DNA of 64,000 nt from Podarcis cretensis (taxonomy: Eukaryota): contig OX638153.1 of NCBI GenBank assembly GCA_951804945.1, forward strand, positions 84,754,001-84,818,000. Reading direction: 5' to 3'. The notes below the pieces were generated by a model that did no database searches, was not told the DNA's origin, and was given only the letters and a program-made list of their open reading frames with translations. The position numbers and the translations under genes are program-made. Every line of letters starts with the position of its first letter. Positions within the stretch are counted from its first letter, which is position 1. Of this stretch, positions 1 through 11,512 are shown one piece after another.

Positions 1-942
1 TCTTTTGTTGACTTCTATTCATGTTTATCAGTCATCTCTCTAGAGAGGGCTCTGTCCAAGCTTGTGCACAGCAAAGAAATTGCAAAGCAAATTCTCCAAA
101 GCAAGGGGAAAGCTACAAAAGCTTCTCTTAAAAGAGGTTTACAAAATGCCGTGAATGATTATTTAAACAACACTCAGAGAGGAAGAAGGCAATAAAAGAA
201 TTGAAAAGTGCAAGGGCTGAGAAGAGTAATTGGGTCTCCTTTCCCATGGTCTCCAGCCAGGAAAACCAGCGAGGGAAAGCTAACTCTTTCTGAAGACAGT
301 GGGAGTTTCAGTTTGTTTACCACTGCTGAAGTAGAGGTCAAGAGTGGCCATTTTAGGAAAGAGTGCTGGACTGCAAATGTTTACTTCAGGGTGTGCTTTA
401 GAAAAAAAATCTCCTAAGTGGCATGGTTGTTAATGTATGCTACGGTTAGCAGCTGGAGGGCCTCGAGGAAAGAGAATTGGGTTTAAGGTTCATGTTCATC
501 TAAGGAAAAATCACTTTTGCAGGAGGCTGTTGGAAACAGATCGCTCGATTTGTACACGGACTGGGTAGTCATATCGCTGTTTTAAAACAACAAAGGATGC
601 TACAGCTAAATGTGTTAAACAGGTAAACAACCCGCCAATGCAAAAATGAAAAGAACACCAGCTGTTCTTGCTACAGGCCACTGGCTGGATGCCTGGAATA
701 TCTCAACTCTGTGAAGTGACTACCCAGATGTAGCAATGGGAAGCAACTTCCCTTGCTCCTCCTGCTGTGGCAATCAGTGAAGCTGGTGAATGTCAGGCTG
801 TAGAGGGAAGCAGGCTCAAGAATAAGTATGTGCATATTTTGCCCACTCTAAGACCAATCCCATGTCTACACACACACACCATCCAAAGTTTGGGTCCCAA
901 TCGAAACTGGCATGGACTGTTGCCAGTGCTACCCATTCATCA

Positions 943-1378
943 AATCACAGAATCATAGAGTTGGAAGGGACCCTGAGGATCATCTAGTCCAACCCCCTGC
1001 ATTACAGGAATCTCAGCTAAAGCATCCATGACAGATAGCCATCCAACCTCTGTTTAAAAACAGAGAGTCCACCACTTCTTATGAAAGTCTGTTCCACTGC
1101 TGAACAGCTCTTACTGTCAGAAAGTTTTTCCAAATATTTAGTCAGAATCTCCTTTCCTGAAACTTGAAGCCATTGGTTCGAGTCCTACCTTCCAGAGCAG
1201 GAGAAAACAAATAAGTTCCCTCCTCCATGTGACAGCCCTTAAGATAGTTGAAGATGGCTATCATATCTCCTCTCACTCTCCTCTTGTCCAAGCTAATACA
1301 CAGCTCCTTCAAGTGTTCCTCATAAGGCTTGGTTTCCAGACCCTTGACCATCTTGGTTGCCCTCCTCTGCACACATTC
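943..1378 (-). mobile_element. CR1 LINE 3' fragment
   Basis: Encodes the CR1 ORF2 C-terminus ([19 protein letters not shown]...[13 protein letters not shown]), followed by the CR1 3' UTR and an (ATTCTRTG)n tail. Confidence 0.9.
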
Positions 1379-3646
1379 ACTTTGCTAAGCAAAATTCTAC
1401 CTGATGGTGAAAGCCACCATGACAAGCATGACTGACAATGCGGTTACGATCTTGAGCAGCACAGCCACATAGTTTTCATGTTTGGACATATTTTAATGGG
1501 TTGGGTAGGACTTGTCTGTCTTAACATATTGCTGGAGGAGCATTTTATGCATTTTGCGTTGTTCAGTGTTTTAAAACTGTTATGGTTTCAAGCTGTTTTT
1601 ATGTGCTGCATTTTACCTTGTCTAACCACCTTGAGACTTTTTGTTGCATAAACTGACCGATAAATGTAATGGATAATCGTAATTCATTTCTTCTAGTCCA
1701 GATAATTACTAGAATCCTCCTCACCTTCATACAGATACACACAGAGAGAGAGACATGTATGGAGAGAAGGGAGTAGTAACTATAGCAAACTAGCATCAAC
1801 TATAACTCATGGGTCGTTTCATAAGCTCTGCTTTTAGTTACTACATTCCGGGTATTTAACTCTTCCTGAAAGCCCACTGGACAGACACTAGTGAATTCAA
1901 GCTTTTAGTCTAAAATATCCCTTAATCTGATCTGGCATGGCAATTCCTAGGTTCCTCAGTTGCCCACTTCTTCGCTAATTCTGCTCTGATTAACTTATGG
2001 CACCCATTTAATTGCATGTTTATTTGTGGCTCCTGAGAATAGTGACTTAAGCAGAGCTGACTAGTACTTCAGTTCAAGATCAGGACACTAATAGCACTGT
2101 CAGAATTCATTTAAGCACTCCTGTGCTATGAAGCAAGTCATGACATTCCAAATTGTACTTTACAGGTGGGAAGGGGGCTATGCTTGTGGATGCAGATATC
2201 AGTTTGTAGGAAGTGATTGAAAACATCATGTGTTTAATATAATGCCCTGCCACACGAGACTTTGAGATATATGTATATTCCTTGCATTGCTAGCGAGTAC
2301 TTAGTACTTTAACAGGAGATACACAGAAATTCCCACTTAGCAGATTCACCAAAAACATTGCAGAACTTATAACTGAGTTTTTATGCATGTTCAGTGCAGG
2401 CTGGTCTGTTCTAATGGGACAGCAATCTCCCCTCATCCATCCTACACCTGTCTGTCTTCTTACTGATGTCCAGTCCTTCTCAGTCTAGAATACCTGGATA
2501 CAGCTAAAGTTTTAATGTTATTGTCTTCTTTTAACTTTGCAACAAAAGGAAGAAGCAAAGGAAAGAAGGTAGCTATGAGATGAAGCAGGCTGACATCTGC
2601 CTCAATGAATTTAAATGTAGATTTTGCAGCTCTAAATGCAACACATTGTCCAAGATTTTGTCTGAATTCCCACCAATATTTATCTTCCATCTGTTCTTTG
2701 ATTTGCATGTCAATTTTTTTACCCTCAGATCTCAGATAGAAATAATCTCAAATCTCATCTGGGTGCCATGTTCACAGAGATTAAATATTTTTAGATGTGG
2801 AACTATTAAATATATTTCATATTTAGTAATCTTTCCATATTGGCTGTGCTCCATTCATGCAGGGCCATATTCCATCAAAAGACATGTCTCCCTCTCCAAA
2901 TTTACAAGTTAGAAAAATCTCAGTTAATAGCATTAGGCTGGCATTATGCTAGTGGAAGATCAATATGAGACCTTTGGGACACTGAAAACTCTGCAGAAGC
3001 AGTAAAACTGCCTTTAAAGGTTGCTTTTTAATAAACATTACATTTGTAAGCAATTGCTTATTAGCCACTAATTCCATAAGAAACTGTTTATTGGCAGCTG
3101 ACTTTCATAGATTCGCTGCTCACAGATAAATACTTTTTGGTCCAACAAAGTAACCTTAGTGGAAATCTTTACTTGGGAAGGAAAACTTCCATAATTAAAA
3201 TGATTTTTTTTTTTTACCATTATCATTTTTGCACTAATATGATTAATGCAAACTGAAAGCACAATGTAAGCAGACATTAACTTGTTTTTTTATTAAAAGC
3301 CACATTGTTTTAGATAACTTATCATTCACAGGCAAAAAGGCAGTCAGCTTAATTTTTAATCTCTACAAACAACTTTCACAAGTTTGTAAATTCCTCTTTT
3401 TTGTTACAATTCACTGAGAACCCATTTCACTAAGGAAACTGATGTTAACGTAAGTCAGTGTAACATTTAAACCAGGGGGAGCCAATGTTGTGGCTGTTCA
3501 TATGCTAATCACATCTCTCAACATCCCTGAGCATTGGCCATGTTGTCTGGCGCTGATAAGAGTTGGAGTCCCATACCATACTGAGGGTACCATATTGCCT
3601 ACCTTTGAGTTAACTACTTTTATTCAATAATAACATTGTTCAAGTA

Positions 3647-3876
3647 CAGTCATACCTCGGATTACAGACACTTCAGGTTGCGTTTTTTCAGGTTACGGAC
3701 CCGCCGAAACCCGGAAGTACTGGAACGGGTTACTTCTGGGTTTCAGCGGTCACGCATGCACAGAAGCGCCAAATCGCAACCTGTGCATGCGCAGATGCGC
3801 CACTGCAGGTTGCGAACGCTGCAGGTTGCGAACGTGCATCCGGCACGGATCACGTTCGCAACCCAAGCGTCCACTG
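3647..3876. mobile_element. Tc1/mariner (Tigger-like) MITE
   Basis: TA|CAGT...CACTG|TA ends with an internal quasi-palindrome (aacccggaagta/tacttctgggtt). Related to 60160-60410 and 61949-62209. Confidence 0.8.
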
Positions 3877-5860
3877 TACATTGTAGTGCAACACTTGTGC
3901 CCACAAAGCTTCACTAAAAGCATTTCCCCCCCATAAGGCTCCATCCAAACAAAACCTGCCCACAACAGAGAGTTATTAATGAACTGTAGTGGCTGCATCT
4001 TCTCGACACCTTAAGAAAAGGAAGATTACTAGTGCTTGTCACCTTCAGATACCAGCAAGCCATAGACCTTTCCTGGGCACTCCAGGACACCAACAGAATA
4101 GGTGAGCTGTCCTGGAATTAACCAACCAGAGAGTCTTTCTTGGAAACCAAGTGCTACCTTATCTTCAATGAAGACAATTTGAGTTAACAGTAATCGCTCT
4201 CACTTAGAGAGGTGTCCCGCTGCATGCTGTTCCTTTTATTTCATTGTCATACAAACCACTAAAAAGAGCCCTGCTAGATCAGACCCAAGGCCCATTTTGT
4301 TCAGCATCCAGTGGCCAACTAGATGCTTATGGGGAGCCGACAAATGAGACGTCAGAGCAATAATGCTCTCCCTATGCTATCTTGCAATACTGAGGCAATC
4401 CAGACAACCTAGTGAATGCAGTAAATCATTTCAGCGGTGTCAGCAAACCACTATAATAAGTTCAGGTGAACAATATTTGGGAACCGTGGAAGATGAACTA
4501 TAATTGCCATGATCCCCCAACATAAAATGATGCTGCCATGTTGTGCTTTACTAACATAGGGCTCATGGGAGGGAGAAGAGTCCGTTGTGCCACTGTGACA
4601 CATCTTTGGGGGATTTTCTGTTGCCTGCTTTGTGGAAAGCCTTCCTCAATAAGCAGTCCTTCGTGCTTAGGGAAGGGGACTGATGCAGCAAGTGGGGGAG
4701 GAAATCCAGCCATCAGCAAAGACGCTTTGAAAGCTCAGCATCTCCCATCTCCAAGCACAGCAAGCATATCAGATGCCCTTATCCATTTTAGCTGGATTTT
4801 GCAGTAAGCCTTTGTTAGTTCTCTGGGATAGTGAACTTACTTGAGAGGAAGGTTAACTCTTAGATATAACCATGCATCTTTGTTGAACTGCGCACCACCT
4901 TTGCTAGTCTATTGGAGAAGATCAATAAATTGTGCTGTTTATGACTGGAAGTAGAGTCCTCCTCCTTTTTTGTCCATGATAGAAGGATGCTCCTAATTAG
5001 TTTGAAATCTGGAAGAGCAAACCATGTATATTACTCTGCTCCCAGACAATCAAGTCACAGCTAGCTGTGTGTGCAAAGTCATCAATCAATCAGAGAATGG
5101 CAAGAAGTATTTGCGGCATTACAGAGACATAACACATCCAGATGTCTCACATAATTTCTAAAGGCCAGGAGGACACACGATCTTCAATGTAGACCTTCTC
5201 CTATTCTGTACTCACAGTGTAACAACTGCAGGGCAAGTAACCATCATGAGCCTTTGTGCAATTCCTGGGAGAGTTAAGAAGTAGAATTCCAGTGACAGAA
5301 TGCACAACGCTTCCTGCAATTTCCCTGCTCTAAGATGCAGACAGGAATGAGAGGTGCTGAAGATTTACTACTGAGCAGTCTCTTTCTAACCCCCACAAAT
5401 GGCTTATTTTAGCCCTGAGCTAGTAGGAATGAAAGGAAAGCTTGTTCATTTGGAGAGCTGAATCATATTCCCAGGCTGTTATCACCTTATATAAAGGTAA
5501 ATTGAAGTTGTGCATATGCATGTTTAATTAGCAAGGGAAATCAGCTGTTGCATAGCTGGCATCATTGTTATGTGGTTGCAGCTTCTGAGATTGGCCCAGA
5601 AATGGCAGCTAGTGCAAAATGCAGCAGTTCGACAGCTCATTGAGGCAGACTATTCATCATGTTACACCGCTGCTGAAAGAATTGCAGTAGCTGCCGATAA
5701 GCTGCCAGGCTAAATCCAAGGTGCAGGTACAAGCATGCAAAACCTTGTGGAGCTTGGAACCAGGGTATCTTTGCCAGCCAGCCAGTTCTTACTGATGTGT
5801 TTCAATGTTTATGTAGTTATATACCACCTTGTGATATTTTATATGAATGTGCCATTGATA

Positions 5861-6088
5861 CAGTGGTACCTTGGGTTACAAACACTTCGGGTTACAAACA
5901 CTTCAGGTTACAGACTCTGCTGACCTGGAAGTAGTACCTTGGGTTAAGAACTTTACCTCAGGATGAGAACAGAAATTGCACGGCGGCAGCGTGAGGCCCC
6001 ATTAGCTAAAATGGTATCTCAGGTTAAGAACAGTTTCAGGTTAAGAACAGACCTCCAGAACGAATTAAGTTCTTAACCTTTTGCACTG
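5861..6088 (+). mobile_element. Tc1/mariner MITE (CAGTGGTACC family)
   Basis: TA|CAGTGGTACC start, repeated caggttaagaac motifs, degenerate right end. Confidence 0.8.
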
Positions 6089-6684
6089 CACTCTCCCCCT
6101 CCCCCACCAGCACTTGGGGGGCAAGAACAAGGTATGGGTCACATGACTCATTCTGGAAGGCGTGCGTCCCAGAAAACGTGTGTCCTGGTTTGCATCAGGA
6201 AATGTTGGATGATACGACATTCTTTCTTTCTATCTTAGCTTCATGGCAAGTAATGGGCCAGCTCAACACATCTGCCTGCCTGAAATGAAGATCAAGAAGA
6301 AATTCTTCTCCTCAATTCCACCTGCAGAACTTGAACAGACTGCCATTTGATTCTTACTTCAACAGTGAGCGTGCGACAACTTCCTCCACCTTGCCCAAGG
6401 GCAGCATGCTAGTTTAAAGGGTGCAGAGCAGGCCATCTTAGGAGACTCTGGGCTGATGGCAGGGGCTGTTCTAGTCCCCAGAAACTGCTTCCTAAGTTTC
6501 ATTCTGCCTATTGACAGAACCAGACTCAATTCTTAGAGGCTGACATTAGGAGGCTGAACTACTCTTAAAATAGCACTTGTTCGGGAAATAGAATTCCAGC
6601 AAGCCAACCACTGTGTGTGTGTGTTTAGAAACTGTGCTGCTTGACAGGTTCGTGAGACACTGAAAATTAACAGGCCCCACTTGA

Positions 6685-6950
6685 TGAAAAACAGTACTTT
6701 TTCATACAGCGCATTGTTAAACTTTGGAATTCAATCCCACAGAATGTAGTGATGGCTGCAGTTAGGATGGCTTTAAAAGGGATGCAAAAGGGATCTAGTA
6801 TTAGAAGCAGTAGACCTTTGAATGCCAGGAGCAGGAGATCAGAGTGGGAGACTGCTGTTGTGCTCATGTCCTCTTTGTTGGCTTCTCAGAGGCATATGGT
6901 TGCTCAGTGCTGAACTGGATGGGCCTCTGGTGTGATCTAGCAGGACTCCT
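6685..6950 (+). mobile_element. Old CR1-type LINE 3' fragment
   Basis: gatggctttaaaagg...actggatgggcctctggtgtgatctagcagg is a typical old squamate CR1 3' end. Confidence 0.6.
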
Positions 6951-7072
6951 TTTATATTCCATAGAAAACACTTTTTATTTTGCAGAGTGTACCATCATAA
7001 AAAGTGCCTGCAATCTACATTTAAAGAACACACCTGATTGTTACTATTATTTATTATTCATTAAATTTCTAT

Positions 7073-7450
7073 GGGACGCAGGTGGCGCTGGGACGCAGGT
7101 GGCGCTGTGGGTTAAAGCCTCAGCGCCTAGGGCTTGCCGATCGAAAGGTCGGCGGTTCGAATCCCTGCGGCGGGGTGCGCTCCCGCTGCTCGGTCCCAGC
7201 GCCTGCCAACCTAGCAGTTCGAAAGCACCTCCGGGTGCAAGTAGATAAATAGGGACCGCTTACCAGCGGGAAGGTAAACGGCGTTTCCGTGTGCGGCTCT
7301 GGCTCGCCAGAGCAGCGATGTCACGCTGGCCACGTGACCCGGAAGTGTCTCCGGACAGCGCTGGCCCCTGGCCTCTTAAGTGAGATGGGCGCACAACCCC
7401 AGAGTCTGTCAAGACTGGTCCGTACGGGCAGGGGTACCTTTACCTTTACC
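7073..7450 (+). mobile_element. Sauria SINE (Squam1), young full-length copy
   Basis: tRNA-like head with ggttcgaatccc B box, (ACCTTT)n tail, and 11-bp TSD taaatttctat (7062-7072 / 7451-7461). Confidence 0.93.
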
Positions 7451-7616
7451 TAAATTTCTATACCGCCTTTCATCTGACGAACACAGGACACTTCACAACA
7501 TAAAAACAAAAAAATACAAACAAAAAATACCACCGCCCCCAGGTTAAAAGGCCATTGATTGTTTAATGAGCCAAAGGCCTAGGAGCAGAGGGGTGTTTAT
7601 GCCTGGTGTCTGAATA

Positions 7617-7842
7617 CAGTGGTACCTTGGTTTACATACGCTTCAGGTTACGGACTCCGCTAACCCAGAAATAGTGCTTCAGGTTAAGAACTTTGCTTCA
7701 GGATGAGAAAAGAAATTGTGCTCCGGTGGCGCAGTGGCAGCAGGAGGCCCCATTAGCTAAAGTGGTGCTTCAGGTTAAGAACAGTTTCAGGTTAAGAATG
7801 GACCTCGGGAACGAATTAAGTACTTAACCCGAGGTACCACTG
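7617..7842 (+). mobile_element. Tc1/mariner MITE (CAGTGGTACC family), inside an L2 remnant
   Basis: TA|CAGTGGTACC...GGTACCACTG|TA. Confidence 0.88.
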
Positions 7843-8852
7843 TATATGCAACAAAGATGCCACGTGAGCCTCCTTGGGGAGAGAGTTCCACAAGGGGGGG
7901 GGCACCACAGGAAAGATCCACTCTTATGTTGCCATCATCCAAACCTCTCACAGAAGAGGAGTAAGAATTTAAGCCACATATGATTAAAATCATGAGCTGA
8001 ACTATTCTGTGTCAAATCAAACACCTATCTAATTGAATTAGGGATGTTTCAGATATTTTCCCCATCTCTTGTTTCACTCCAGATCTTCTATTTCTAAGGC
8101 ACCTGGTCTTTGCTTCCAAACTAGAATGGATGCAGTAGGAAATCTGCATTGTTTGGAGTCTCTGCCCACAAACAATTCCACAGTATATAATGCTAGTTTT
8201 CCAAAGTTCCATGACTTGGTTTGTGTCTTCTCCTTGTCAATGTTACTCATGAGTTTGCCTGTGTGTTTCAAAAAATGAATATAAAATAAAAGCAATCTTT
8301 CTCCTGCTGCAATATTTCTCTTGGGTGGTATCATGATTCTTTTGGTATGGTGTTTTATCACTGCATAAGGGAGCAGACATGTGGCCATTAAGACACCACA
8401 CAAACCAAATATTGGTGCAAGCACATCTACGGTCATATCAAAATTGTTTGCTACTGTTTTCTGAACATTGGCAGTTCAGTGGTGGCGAGGAGATGCAAAA
8501 GAATGAGGAAAGCTAAGTGCAGTGGGGAGAGGAAGTACAAAGAGCCTCTGTGCACAGCCCACACTGTGGAATTTGCCACCACAATACATATTTAAAAGTT
8601 TGACTGGGTTGCTGACCATAGCAATTGGCTGTGGTGGTTGGCTCTGGGAGTGTGGTTCTCAGGAGCATACTGGGGGAAGAACCTGTCCCTTTGGGGCAAT
8701 TCCTGGGCTATCAATTAGGATATTGACCTGGATTTTGGTATTATCATAACTGATCACCTCCTCCCCCCATTTTCTCTTACCTGGCAGCACTCAAAGCTGT
8801 CCACCTCCTAAAGACCTAGATGTGCCAATGGAATCTTTGTTGTTTGAACCTA

Positions 8853-9097
8853 GGTAAAAGGTAAAGGTACCCCTGGCTGTACGGGCCAGTCTTGACAGAC
8901 TCTGGGGTTGTGCGCCCATCTCACTTAAGAGGCCAGGGGCCAGCGCTGTCCGGAGACACTTCCGGGTCACGTGGCCAGCGTGACATCGCTGCGCTGGCGA
9001 GCCAGAGACGCACACGGAAACGCCGTTTACCTTCCCGCTGGTAAGCGGTCCCTATTTATCTACTTGCACCCGGAGGTGCTTTCGAACTGCTAGGTTG
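8853..9097 (-). mobile_element. Sauria SINE, 5'-truncated young copy
   Basis: Nearly identical to 7073-7450 in reverse orientation; flanking repeat ttgaaccta. Confidence 0.92.
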
Positions 9098-9234
9098 AAC
9101 CTAACTCATGGCTAATTCAGCCAGTGATGTGTGGTCCCTTGTCTTTACTACAAAGAAGCAAACCTTGAGAGCGCTGCATGAGACAGCTCTCCAGAAGGTG
9201 ACAGCCAGGAATATGGGTGCATTGCAAATACGTA

Positions 9235-9460
9235 CTGTGGTACCTCAGGTTACATACACTTCAGGTTACAGACTCCGCTAACCCAGAAATATTACCTCGG
9301 GTTAAGTACTTTGCTTCAGGATGAGAACAGAAATTGTGCTCCGGCAGCATGGCAGCAGCAGGAGGCCCCATTAGCTAAAGTGGTGCTTCAGGTTAAGAAC
9401 AGTTTCAGGTTAAGTACAGACCTCCGGAATGAATTAAGTACTTAACCTGAGGTACCACTG
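9235..9460 (+). mobile_element. Tc1/mariner MITE (CAGTGGTACC family)
   Basis: TA-flanked terminal inverted repeats (TIRs); same body as 7617-7842. Confidence 0.88.
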
Positions 9461-10150
9461 TACTTCAGCCAACTGGTGGCTGTAGCAAATTTATATTCCA
9501 ACCAGCAGATGGCAGCAAAGAGATTCAGCCGATCAGAAGTATAGGCAAGATCCCAGCTACCAGATCACAAACCTCCCCCCTTAGCAAGTGATTTCCCCAA
9601 GGCATGATGCACTCAACATATTAGTGATTTCAACTAACTGCAGCATAGGAGACTTTGCTGAAGAGTTGCACAAATGCATGCTTCATGCACTCAACTCAAC
9701 AGTAGATCAGCTGTCAGAGACCTAGTTGCAATTCAGACTAAAAGCAAGCAATCAACCTCTTCATTGAAAAGAATTCAAGCGCTGCTAGTGATTTCTTATT
9801 TATTGAGAGTGGCAAGGGGTGGGGGTGGGAAGCACAGGTGTCCCAAGCACCCTTTGCTGGTAAGCAAATTGCAGCAGTTTCAATTCAGTGTTGCAGCTCC
9901 TACCAACATGGAAAGTGGACTTCTTCACAGCAATGCGTCTTGGGTTTCTTACAACAAGGGTACACTACAAGCTTCCACCACTTAGGGACTTCCCTTTTTC
10001 TCTATAATCTTACGGTTCTCTGTGATGCTACATTAGCACATGTGTTAATATCATTCATATACATTTGGTTTACCATATGGAGATCTAGAAGCCTGGAGTC
10101 ACAGTTTCTGCGAATTGATATGCAAAGTTACACACACACACACACACACA

Positions 10151-10376
10151 CAGTGGTACCTTGGGTTACAGACGCTTCAGGTTACAGACGCTTCAGGTTA
10201 CAATCTCTTCTAACCCAGAAATAGTACCTCGGGTTAAGAACTTTGCTTCAGGATGAGAAATTGCACGGCGGCAGCAGTAGGCCCCATTAGCTAAAGTAGT
10301 ACCTCAGGTTAAGAACAGTTTCAGGTTAAGAACGGACCTCCGGAATGAATTAAGTTCTTAACCCGAGGTACCACTG
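10151..10376 (+). mobile_element. Tc1/mariner MITE (CAGTGGTACC family) within a (CA)n tract
   Basis: CAGTGGTACC...GGTACCACTG|TA. Confidence 0.88.
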
Positions 10377-10673
10377 TATATACACACAGAGAGGGGGGGG
10401 GTTGCTTCACCAAAACCACCCTACACTCACATTGATCACAATGCTGGAGAAACATAACTTTTCTGTTACAACTACAATATATACCTTTAGCTACCTTTTC
10501 TCTAAACCATCCTCTGTGGCATTCTCCATCTTGCTTTCCTGTACTGCGAGTTCCCAGACTCCTTTCTGTTCAGTCCTTTCTTTCTTCAGCTTTCTCTGTC
10601 ACCATTGCACTTTCCCTCAGGCTGATTATCCTTCCTTTAGGAGTCATTTCTCACTCCATTGCCATGACTTACT

Positions 10674-11032
10674 AACAGTACATGTGAAAAGGATCTGGGG
10701 GTCTTGGTGGACCACAAGCTTCACATGAGTCAACAGTGTGATGCAGCAGCAAAAAATAAAATAAAATAAATGCTATCCTAGGCTGCATCAACAGAAGTAT
10801 AGTGTCCAGATCAAGGAAAGTAATAGTACCACTCTATTCTGCCTTAGTCAGACCACATTTGGAATACTGTGTCCAATTCTGGGCACCACAATTTAAGAAG
10901 GATGTTGAGAAGCTGGAACGTGTGCAGAGGAGGGCAACCAAGATGATCAAGGGTCTGGAAACTAAGCCTTATGAGGAACACTTGAAGGAGCTGGGTATGT
11001 TTAGCCTGGAAAAGAGGAGAGTGAGAGGAGAT
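10674..11032 (+). mobile_element. CR1 LINE ORF2 fragment
   Basis: Translates to [48 protein letters not shown], the canonical CR1 RT C-terminal region. Confidence 0.92.
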
Positions 11033-11180
11033 CATAGAATCATAGAATCATAGAATCATAGAGTTGGAAGAGACCACAAGGGCCATCGAGTCCAACCCCC
11101 TGCCAAGCAGGAAACACCACCAGAGCACTCCTGACATATGGTTGTCAAGCCTCTGCTTAAAGACCTCCAAAGAAGGAGGA
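11031..11180 (-). mobile_element. CR1 3' end with (ATTCTATG)n tail
   Basis: About three copies of catagaat, followed by reverse-complement CR1 3' UTR. Confidence 0.85.
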
Positions 11181-11207
11181 TACACACTGACTTTAAGGGG
11201 GGGGGAG

Positions 11208-11512
11208 GTAAACCACAGAGCCTAGGAGTTGCTGATCAGAAGGTCGGCGGTTCGAATCCCTGCAATGGGGTGAGCTCCCATTGCTCGGTCCCTGCTCCTG
11301 CCAACCTAGCAGTTCGAAAGCACGTTAAAGTGCAAGTAGATAAATAGGTACCACTCCGGCGGGAAGGTAAACGGCTTTTCCGTGCGCTTCTCTGGTTCGC
11401 CAGAAGTGGCTTAGTCATGCTGGCCACATGACCCGGAAGCTGTATGCCGGCTCCCTTGGCCAATAAAGCGAGATGAGTGGGTCACGACGGGACCTAATGG
11501 TCAGGGGTCCTT
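11208..11512 (+). mobile_element. Sauria SINE (older subfamily, 5'-truncated)
   Basis: ggttcgaatccc...tgccaacctagcagttcgaaagcac...gctggccacatgacccggaag. Confidence 0.88.

Noticed and set aside
2460-2912. Overlapping 82-aa and 110-aa ORFs
   Set aside because: No recognisable protein; possibly a highly decayed L1-type remnant, but too weak to call.
8074-8436. ORF containing KQCRF as a candidate BCHE exon 3 (AQQCRFW)
   Set aside because: No flanking similarity (no NPN...WP.F...EQKYL.LN, no FFPKVLEMT). I found no exon 3 or 4 by eye; TBLASTN with the BChE C-terminus would settle it.
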